This document shows, one piece after another, positions 53,358-64,000 of a stretch of DNA of 64,000 bases (the first letter of the stretch is position 1; each line of letters begins with the position of its first letter). Source of the DNA: Auanema rhodensis (Eukaryota; Animalia; Nematoda); the NCBI GenBank assembly GCA_964057225.1, contig OZ059899.1, positions 17,174,001 through 17,238,000 on the forward strand. Reading direction: 5' to 3'. A model generated the notes under the pieces. That model saw only the letters and a list, made by a program, of their open reading frames with translations, was not told the origin of the DNA and ran no database searches. Position numbers and translations under genes: made by a program.

Positions 53358-56300
53358 TGTTATTCAACGAAAAAATTAATTCTGCAGGGTGAAAATCGAG
53401 GATATAAGTGTGAACTTATATCAGTTGATATCTCGGTGCATTTTTAAGCTAGCGCAAATCTGATAACACAGATCGACGCAGCTTAAAAATCCGCATCGAA
53501 TGCACTATACTACATTGAGAAACGCTTAATACAAAAATTAGTTATGATCGTTTGAAAAAAGACGCATTAGTGTATGTTGAGTTTCCATGTACACTCAACA
53601 TTGCTTCCAAAAACATTTTTACAAAAATTTTTCCGAAAAATTTCAAAATAATTTCGCAAAAAGTAGATGTTTTTAGATTCCTTTTTTCAAGGCAAAGACG
53701 ATGGACAATGTTATTCAACGGAAAAATTAATTCTGCAGGGTGAAAATCGAGGATATAAGTGTGAACTTATATCAGTTGATATCTCGGTGCATTTTTAAGC
53801 TAGCGCAAATCTGATAACACAGATCGACGCAGCTTAAAAATCCGCATCGAATGCACTATACAACATTGAGAAACGCTTAATACAAAAATTAGTTATGATC
53901 GTTTGAAAAATGATGCATTAGTGTATGTTGAGTTTCCATGTACACTCAACATTGCTTCCAAAAACATTTTTACAAAACTTTTTCCGAAAAATTTCAAAAT
54001 AATTTCGCAAAAAGTAGATGTTTTTAGATTCCTTTTTTCAAGGCAAAGACGATGGACAATGTTATTCAACGAAAAAATTAATTCTCCAGGGTGAAAATCG
54101 AGGATATAAGTGTGAACTTATATCAGTTGATATCTCGGTGCATTTTTAAGCTAGCGCAAATCTGATAACACAGATCGACGCAGCTTACAAATCCGCATCG
54201 AATGCCTTATACTACATTGAGAAACGCTTAATACAAAAATTAGTTATGATCGTTTGAAAAAAGACGCATTAGTGTATGTTGAGTTTCCATGTACACTCAA
54301 CATTGCTTCCAAAAACATTTTGACAAAAATTTTTCCAAAAAATTTCAAAATATTTTCGCAAAAAGTAAATGTTTTTAGATTCCTTTTTTCAAGGCAAAGA
54401 CGATGGACATTGTTATTCAACGAAAAAATTAATTCTGCAGGGTGAAAATCGAGGATATAAGTGTGAACTTATATCAGTTGATATCTCGGTGCATTTTTAA
54501 GCTAGCGCAAATCTGATAACACAGATCGACGCAGCTTAAAAATCCGCATCGAATGCACTATACTACATTGAGAAACGCTTAATACAAAAATTAGTTATGA
54601 TCGTTTGAAAAAAGACGCATTAGTGTATGTTGAGTTTCCATGTACACTCAACATTGCTTCCAAAAACATTTTTACAAAACTTTTTCCGAAAAATTTCAAA
54701 ATAATTTCGCAAAAAGTAGATGTTTTTAGATTCCTTTTTTCAAGGCAAAGACGATGGACAATGTTATTCAACGAAAAAATTAATTCTCCAGGGTGAAAAT
54801 CGAGGATATAAGTGTGAACTTATATCAGTTGATATCTCGGTGCATTTTTAAGCTAGCGCAAATCTGATAACACAGATCGACGCAGCTTAAAAATCCGCAT
54901 CGAATGCACTATACAACATTGAGAAACGCTCAATACAAAAATTAGTTATGATCGTTTGAAAAATGATGCATTAGTGTATGTTGAGTTTCCATGTACACTC
55001 AACATTGCTTCCAAAAACATTTTTACAAAAATTTTTCCGAAAAATTTCAAAATAATTTCGCAAAAAGTAGATGTTTTTAGATTCCTTTTTTCAAGGCAAA
55101 GACGATGGACAATGTTATTCAACGGAAAAATTAATTCTGCAGGGTGAAAATCGAGGATATAAGTGTGAACTTATATCAGTTGATATCTCGGTGCATTTTT
55201 AAGCTAGCGCAAATCTGATAACACAGATCGACGCAGCTTAAAAATCCGCATCGAATGCACTATACAACATTGAGAAACGCTTAATACAAAAATTAGTTAT
55301 GATCGTTTGAAAAATGATGCATTAGTGTATGTTGAGTTTCCATGTACACTCAACATTGCTTCCAAAAACATTTTTACAAAACTTTTTCTGAAAAATTTCA
55401 AAATAATTTCGCAAAAAGTAGATGTTTTTAGATTCCTTTTTTCAAGGCAAAGACGATGGACAATGTTATTCAACGAAAAAATTAATTCTCCAGGGTGAAA
55501 ATCGAGGATATAAGTGTGAACTTATATCAGTTGATATCTCGGTGCATTTTTAAGCTAGCGCAAATCTGATAACACAGATCGACGCAGCTTAAAAATCCGC
55601 ATCGAATGCACTATACAACATTGAGAAACGCTTAATACAAAAATTAGTTATGATCGTTTGAAAAATGATGCATTAGTGTATGTTGAGTTTCCATGTACAC
55701 TCAACATTGCTTCCAAAAACATTTTGACAAAAATTTTTCCAAAAAATTTCAAAATAATTTCGCAAAAAGTGAATGTTTTTAGATTCCGTTTTTCAAGGCA
55801 AAGACGATGGACAATGTTATTCAACGGAAAAATTAATTCTGCAGGGTGAAAATCGAGGATATAAGTGTGAACTTATATCAGTTGATATCTCGGTGCATTT
55901 TTAAGCTAGCGCAAATCTGATAACACAGATCGACGCAGCTTAAAAATCCGCATCGAATGCACTATACAACATTGAGAAACGCTTAATACAAAAATTAGTT
56001 ATGATCGTTTGAAAAATGATGCATTAGTGTATGTTGAGTTTCCATGTACACTCAACATTGCTTCCAAAAACATTTTTACAAAACTTTTTCCGAAAAATTT
56101 CAAAATAATTTCGCAAAAAGTGAATGTTTTTAGATTCCGTTTTTCAAGGCAAAGACGATGGACAATGTTATTCAACGGAAAAATTAATTCTCCAGGGTGA
56201 AAATCGAGGATATAAGTGTGAACTTATATCAGTTGATATCTCGGTGCATTTTTAAGCTAGCGCAAATCTGATAACACAGATCGACGCAGCTTAAAAATCC

Positions 56301-59300
56301 GCATCGAATGCACTATACAACATTGAGAAACGCTTAATACAAAAATTAGTTATGATCGTTTGAAAAATGATGCATTAGTGTATGTTGAGTTTCCATGTAC
56401 ACTCAACATTGCTTCCAAAAACAATTTTACAAAAATTTTTCCGAAAAATTTCGAAACAATTTCGCAAAAAGTAGATGTTTTTAGATTCCTTTTTTCAGGG
56501 CAAAGACGATGGACATTGTTATTCAACGAAAAAATTAATTCTGCAGGGTGAAAATCGAGGATATAAGTGTGAACTTATATCAGTTGATATCTCGGTGCAT
56601 TTTTAAGCTAGCGCAAATCTGATAACACAGATCGACGCAGTTTAAAAATCCGCATCGAATGCACTATACTACATTGAGAAACGCTTAATACAAAACTTAG
56701 TTATGATCGTTTGAAAAAAGATGCATTAGTGTATGTTGAGTTTCCATGTACACTCAACATTGCTTCCAAAAACATTTTTACAAAAATTTTTCCGAAAAAT
56801 TTCGAAATAATTTCGCAGAAAGTAGATGTTTTTAGATTCCTTTTTTCAAGGCAAAGACGATGGACATTGTTATTCAACGAAAAAATTAATTCTGCAGGGT
56901 GAAAATCGAGGATATAAGTGTGAACTTATATCAGTTGATATCTCGGTGCATTTTTAAGCTAGCGCAAATCTGATAACACAGATCGACGCAGCTTACAAAT
57001 CCGCATCGAATGCACTATACAACATTGAGAAACGCTTAATACAAAAATTAGTTATGATCGTTTGAAAAATGATGCATTAGTGTATGTTGAGTTTCCATGT
57101 ACACTCAACATTGCTTCCAAAAACATTTTGACAAAAATTTTTCCAAAAAATTTCAAAATAATTTCGCAAAAAGTGAATGTTTTTAGATTCCGTTTTTCAA
57201 GGCAAAGACGATGGACAATGTTATTCAACGAAAAAATTAATTCTGCAGGGTGAAAATCGAGGATATAAGTGTGAACTTATATCAGTTGATATCTCGGTGC
57301 ATTTTTAAGCTAGCGCAAATCTGATAACACAGATCGACGCAGCTTACAAATCCGCATCGAATGCCTTATACAACATTGAGAAACGCTTAATACAAAAATT
57401 AGTTATGATCGTTTGAAAAATGATGCATTAGTGTATGTTGAGTTTCCATGTACACTCAACATTGCTTCCAAAAACATTTTTACAAAACTTTTTCCGAAAA
57501 ATTTCAAAATAATTTCGCAAAAAGTGAATGTTTTTAGATTCCGTTTTTCAAGGCAAAGACGATGGACAATGTTATTCAACGGAAAAATTAATTCTCCAGG
57601 GTGAAAATCGAGGATATAAGTGTGAACTTATATCAGTTGATATCTCGGTGCATTTTTAAGCTAGCGCAAATCTGATAACACAGATCGACGCAGCTTAAAA
57701 ATCCGCATCGAATGCACTATACAACATTGAGAAACGCTTAATACAAAAATTAGTTATGATCGTTTGAAAAATGATGCATTAGTGTATGTTGAGTTTCCAT
57801 GTACACTCAACATTGCTTCCAAAAACAATTTTACAAAAATTTTTCCGAAAAATTTCGAAACAATTTCGCAAAAAGTAGATGTTTTTAGATTCCTTTTTTC
57901 AGGGCAAAGACGATGGACATTGTTATTCAACGAAAAAATTAATTCTGCAGGGTGAAAATCGAGGATATAAGTGTGAACTTATATCAGTTGATATCTCGGT
58001 GCATTTTTAAGCTAGCGCAAATCTGATAACACAGATCGACGCAGTTTAAAAATCCGCATCGAATGCACTATACTACATTGAGAAACGCTTAATACAAAAC
58101 TTAGTTATGATCGTTTGAAAAAAGATGCATTAGTGTATGTTGAGTTTCCATGTACACTCAACATTGCTTCCAAAAACATTTTTACAAAAATTTTTCCGAA
58201 AAATTTCGAAATAATTTCGCAGAAAGTAGATGTTTTTAGATTCCTTTTTTCAAGGCAAAGACGATGGACATTGTTATTCAACGAAAAAATTAATTCTGCA
58301 GGGTGAAAATCGAGGATATAAGTGTGAACTTATATCAGTTGATATCTCGGTGCATTTTTAAGCTAGCGCAAATCTGATAACACAGATCGACGCAGCTTAC
58401 AAATCCGCATCGAATGCACTATACAACATTGAGAAACGCTTAATACAAAAATTAGTTATGATCGTTTGAAAAATGATGCATTAGTGTATGTTGAGTTTCC
58501 ATGTACACTCAACATTGCTTCCAAAAACATTTTGACAAAAATTTTTCCAAAAAATTTCAAAATAATTTCGCAAAAAGTGAATGTTTTTAGATTTCGTTTT
58601 TCAAGGCAAAGACGATGGACAATGTTATTCAACGAAAAAATTAATTCTGCAGGGTGAAAATCGAGGATATAAGTGTGAACTTATATCAGTTGATATCTCG
58701 GTGCATTTTTAAGCTAGCGCAAATCTGATAACACAGATCGACGCAGCTTACAAATCCGCATCGAATGCACTATACAACATTGAGAAACGCTTAATACAAA
58801 AATTAGTTATGATCGTTTGAAAAATGATGCATTAGTGTATGTTGAGTTTCCATGTACACTCAACATTGCTTCCAAAAACATTTTGACAAAAATTTTTCCA
58901 AAAAATTTCAAAATAATTTCGCAAAAAGTGAATGTTTTTAGATTTCGTTTTTCAAGGCAAAGACGATGGACAATGTTATTCAACGAAAAAATTAATTCTG
59001 CAGGGTGAAAATCGAGGATATAAGTGTGAACTTATATCAGTTGATATCTCGGTGCATTTTTAAGCTAGCGCAAATCTGATAACACAGATCGACGCAGCTT
59101 ACAAATCCGCATCGAATGCCTTATACAACATTGAGAAACGCTTAATACAAAAATTAGTTATGATCGTTTGAAAAATGATGCATTAGTGTATGTTGAGTTT
59201 CCATGTACACTCAACATTGCTTCCAAAAACATTTTTACAAAACTTTTTCCGAAAAATTTCAAAATAATTTCGCAAAAAGTAGATGTTTTTAGATTCCTTT

Positions 59301-62300
59301 TTTCAAGGCAAAGACGATGGACAATGTTATTCAACGAAAAAATTAATTCTCCAGGGTGAAAATCGAGGATATAAGTGTGAACTTATATCAGTTGATATCT
59401 CGGTGCATTTTTAAGCTAGCGCAAATCTGATAACACAGATCGACGCAGCTTAAAAATCCGCATCGAATGCACTATACAACATTGAGAAACGCTCAATACA
59501 AAAATTAGTTATGATCGTTTGAAAAATGATGCATTAGTGTATGTTGAGTTTCCATGTACACTCAACATTGCTTCCAAAAACAATTTTACAAAAATTTTTC
59601 CGAAAAATTTCGAAACAATTTCGCAAAAAGTAGATGTTTTTAGATTCCTTTTTTCAGGGCAAAGACGATGGACATTGTTATTCAACGAAAAAATTAATTC
59701 TGCAGGGTGAAAATCGAGGATATAAGTGTGAACTTATATCAGTTGATATCTCGGTGCATTTTTAAGCTAGCGCAAATCTGATAACACAGATCGACGCAGT
59801 TTAAAAATCCGCATCGAATGCACTATACTACATTGAGAAACGCTTAATACAAAACTTAGTTATGATCGTTTGAAAAAAGATGCATTAGTGTATGTTGAGT
59901 TTCCATGTACACTCAACATTGCTTCCAAAAACATTTTTACAAAAATTTTTCCGAAAAATTTCGAAATAATTTCGCAGAAAGTAGATGTTTTTAGATTCCT
60001 TTTTTCAAGGCAAAGACGATGGACATTGTTATTCAACGAAAAAATTAATTCTGCAGGGTGAAAATCGAGGATATAAGTGTGAACTTATATCAGTTGATAT
60101 CTCGGTGCATTTTTAAGCTAGCGCAAATCTGATAACACAGATCGACGCAGCTTACAAATCCGCATCGAATGCACTATACAACATTGAGAAACGCTTAATA
60201 CAAAAATTAGTTATGATCGTTTGAAAAATGATGCATTAGTGTATGTTGAGTTTCCATGTACACTCAACATTGCTTCCAAAAACATTTTGACAAAAATTTT
60301 TCCAAAAAATTTCAAAATAATTTCGCAAAAAGTGAATGTTTTTAGATTTCGTTTTTCAAGGCAAAGACGATGGACAATGTTATTCAACGAAAAAATTAAT
60401 TCTGCAGGGTGAAAATCGAGGATATAAGTGTGAACTTATATCAGTTGATATCTCGGTGCATTTTTAAGCTAGCGCAAATCTGATAACACAGATCGACGCA
60501 GCTTACAAATCCGCATCGAATGCCTTATACAACATTGAGAAACGCTTAATACAAAAATTAGTTATGATCGTTTGAAAAATGATGCATTAGTGTATGTTGA
60601 GTTTCCATGTACACTCAACATTGCTTCCAAAAACATTTTTACAAAACTTTTTCCGAAAAATTTCAAAATAATTTCGCAAAAAGTAGATGTTTTTAGATTC
60701 CTTTTTTCAAGGCAAAGACGATGGACAATGTTATTCAACGAAAAAATTAATTCTCCAGGGTGAAAATCGAGGATATAAGTGTGAACTTATATCAGTTGAT
60801 ATCTCGGTGCATTTTTAAGCTAGCGCAAATCTGATAACACAGATCGACGCAGCTTAAAAATCCGCATCGAATGCACTATACAACATTGAGAAACGCTTAA
60901 TACAAAAATTTGTTATGATCGTTTGAAAAATGATGCATTAGTGTATGTTGAGTTTCCATGTACACTCAACATTGCTTCCAAAAACATTTTTACAAAACTT
61001 TTTCCGAAAAATTTCAAAATAATTTCGCAAAAAGTAGATGTTTTTAGATTCCTTTTTTCAAGGCAAAGACGATGGACAATGTTATTCAACGAAAAAATTA
61101 ATTCTCCAGGGTGAAAATCGAGGATATAAGTGTGAACTTATATCAGTTGATATCTCGGTGCATTTTTAAGCTAGCGCAAATCTGATAACACAGATCGACG
61201 CAGCTTAAAAATCCGCATCGAATGCACTATACAACATTGAGAAACGCTTAATACAAAAATTAGTTATGATCGTTTGAAAAATGATGCATTAGTGTATGTT
61301 GAGTTTCCATGTACACTCAACATTGCTTCCAAAAACATTTTTACAAAAATTTTTCCGAAAAATTTCGAAACAATTTCGCAAAAAGTAGATGTTTTTAGAT
61401 TCCTTTTTTCAGGGCAAAGACGATGGACATTGTTATTCAACGAAAAAATTAATTCTGCAGGGTGAAAATCGAGGATATAAGTGTGAACTTATATCAGTTG
61501 ATATCTCGGTGCATTTTTAAGCTAGCGCAAATCTGATAACACAGATCGACGCAGTTTAAAAATCCGCATCGAATGCACTATACTACATTGAGAAACGCTT
61601 AATACAAAACTTAGTTATGATCGTTTGAAAAAAGATGCATTAGTGTATGTTGAGTTTCCATGTACACTCAACATTGCTTCCAAAAACATTTTTACAAAAA
61701 TTTTTCCGAAAAATTTCGAAATAATTTCGCAGAAAGTAGATGTTTTTAGATTCCTTTTTTCAAGGCAAAGACGATGGACATTGTTATTCAACGAAAAAAT
61801 TAATTCTGCAGGGTGAAAATCGAGGATATAAGTGTGAACTTATATCAGTTGATATCTCGGTGCATTTTTAAGCTAGCGCAAATCTGATAACACAGATCGA
61901 CGCAGCTTACAAATCCGCATCGAATGCACTATACAACATTGAGAAACGCTTAATACAAAAATTAGTTATGATCGTTTGAAAAATGATGCATTAGTGTATG
62001 TTGAGTTTCCATGTACACTCAACATTGCTTCCAAAAACATTTTGACAAAAATTTTTCCAAAAAATTTCAAAATAATTTCGCAAAAAGTGAATGTTTTTAG
62101 ATTCCGTTTTTCAAGGCAAAGACGATGGACAATGTTATTCAACGAAAAAATTAATTCTGCAGGGTGAAAATCGAGGATATAAGTGTGAACTTATATCAGT
62201 TGATATCTCGGTGCATTTTTAAGCTAGCGCAAATCTGATAACACAGATCGACGCAGCTTACAAATCCGCATCGAATGCTTATACAACATTGAGAAACGCT

Positions 62301-64000
62301 TAATACAAAAATTAGTTATGATCGTTTGAAAAAAGACGCATTAGTGTATGTTGAGTTTCCATGTACACTCAACATTGCTTCCAAAAACATTTTGACAAAA
62401 ATTTTTCCAAAAAATTTCAAAATAATTTCGCAAAAAGTAAATGTTTTTAGATTCCTTTTTTCCAGGCAAAGACGATGGACATTGTTATTCAACGAAAAAA
62501 TTAATTCTGCAGGGTGAAAATCGAGGATATAAGTGTGAACTTATATCAGTTGATATCTCGGTGCATTTTTAAGCTAGCGCAAATCTAATAACACAGATCG
62601 ACGCAGCTTAAAAATCCGCATCGAATGCACTATACTACATTGAGAAACGCTTAATACAAAAATTAGTTATGATCGTTTGAAAAAAGACGCATTAGTGTAT
62701 GTTGAGTTTCCATGTACACTCAACATTGCTTCCAAAAACATTTTGACAAAAATTTTTCCAAAAAATTTCAAAATAATTTCGCAAAAAGTAAATGTTTTTA
62801 GATTCCTTTTTTCAAGGCAAAGACGATGGACATTGTTATTCAACGAAAAAATTAATTCTGCAGGGTGAAAATCGAGGATATAAGTGTGAACTTATATCAG
62901 TTGATATCTCGGTGCATTTTTAAGCTAGCGCAAATCTGATAACACAGATCGACGCAGCTTACAAATCCGCATCGAATGCACTATACAACATTGAGAAACG
63001 CTTAATACAAAAATTAGTTATGATCGTTTGAAAAATGATGCATTAGTGTATGTTGAGTTTCCATGTACACTCAACATTGCTTCCAAAAACATTTTGACAA
63101 AAATTTTTCCAAAAAATTTCAAAATAATTTCGCAAAAAGTGAATGTTTTTAGATTCCGTTTTTCAAGGCAAAGACGATGGACAATGTTATTCAACGAAAA
63201 AATTAATTCTGCAGGGTGAAAATCGAGGATATAAGTGTGAACTTATATCAGTTGATATCTCGGTGCATTTTTAAGCTAGCGCAAATCTGATAACACAGAT
63301 CGACGCAGCTTACAAATCCGCATCGAATGCCTTATACAACATTGAGAAACGCTTAATACAAAAATTAGTTATGATCGTTTGAAAAAAGACGCATTAGTGT
63401 ATGTTGAGTTTCCATGTACACTCAACATTGCTTCCAAAAACATTTTGACAAAAATTTTTCCAAAAAATTTCGAAATAATTTCGCAAAAAGTAAATGTTTT
63501 TAGATTCCTTTTTTCAAGGCAAAGACGATGGACATTGTTATTCAACGAAAAAATTAATTCTGCAGGGTGAAAATCGAGGATATAAGTGTGAACTTATATC
63601 AGTTGATATCTCGGTGCATTTTTAAGCTAGCGCAAATCTGATAACACAGATCGACGCAGCTTACAAATCCGCATCGAATGCCTTATACAACATTGAGAAA
63701 CGCTTAATACAAAAATTAGTTATGATCGTTTGAAAAAAGACGCATTAGTGTATGTTGAGTTTCCATGTACACTCAACATTGCTTCCAAAAACATTTTGAC
63801 AAAAATTTTTCCAAAAAATTTCAAAATAATTTCGCAAAAAGTAAATGTTTTTAGATTCCTTTTTTCAAGGTAAAGACGATGGACATTGTTATTCAACGAA
63901 AAAATTAATTCTGCAGGGTGAAAATCGAGGATATAAGTGTGAACTTATATCAGTTGATATCTCGGTGCATTTTTAAGCTAGCGCAAATCTGATAACACAG
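53358..64000 (+). repeat. Large higher-order block, copy 2 (runs off the window end)
   Basis: Matches 40723-51365 at every marker compared; last upstream mismatch is 40722 T versus 53357 A. Confidence 0.93.

Larger units (their letters stand above)
1..64000. repeat. Tandem satellite DNA array, 351-bp AT-rich monomer, about 182 head-to-tail copies, open at both window edges
   Basis: Equivalent positions recur every 351 bp (923, 1274, 1625, 1976 ... 63379, 63730). The only length changes seen are eleven 349-bp monomers (CC deleted from agattcctttttt) and 1-bp deletions at about 222, 49644 and 62279. Monomer 1261-1611 has 111 G+C in 351 bp. Confidence 0.99.
30701..64000. repeat. Right satellite domain
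   Basis: ggtgCattt is fixed except at 38341-38350. ttccAaaa, ttccGttt, cttaCaaat and tacTacat alleles are frequent. No 349-bp or TAG-haplotype monomers. Confidence 0.85.

Noticed and set aside
223-63570. About 140 copies of a 63-aa ORF as a multigene family or variable-cassette system
   Set aside because: It starts at TTG with no in-frame ATG start (the nearby ATG ATC GTT TGA is another frame). About 40 of 182 copies are broken by TAG or TAA stops, a 2-bp frameshift or start loss, and these broken copies were themselves amplified. Variation is mostly non-synonymous, the K/F/I/N content mirrors the A/T tracts, and no domain is recognisable. Ribo-seq or proteomics could overturn this.
1-64000. 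CRISPR array or repeat-spacer system
   Set aside because: No unique spacers; the entire 351-bp unit repeats; no cas genes.
1-64000. Assignment to a named satellite of similar length (such as Drosophila 359-bp or Tribolium ~360-bp families)
   Set aside because: Only the length is similar; I cannot match the sequence from memory and cannot run a search.

Overview
The whole 64 kb is one uninterrupted head-to-tail satellite array of an AT-rich 351-bp monomer (about 182 copies, all in one orientation; about 32% GC counted on one monomer). There is no unique sequence, inversion or inserted element, and I recognise no protein-coding gene, RNA gene or CRISPR array. The roughly 140 '63 aa ORFs' are one TTG-initiated frame inside each monomer. 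That frame is broken in about 40 copies and is judged non-coding. The real structure is: (i) several inverted repeats inside the monomer; (ii) recurring variant sites shuffled between monomers; (iii) two sequence domains meeting near 29-31 kb; (iv) nested higher-order duplications of 2-5 monomers, a degenerate ~10-mer, a 16-monomer-offset block and a near-perfect block of at least 10.6 kb at a 36-monomer offset (12,635 bp). This looks like eukaryotic (peri)centromeric or heterochromatic satellite DNA, probably from an organism with little CpG methylation. I cannot identify the species or satellite family, and I see no support for a new gene system. All counts were made by eye or from the ORF track.
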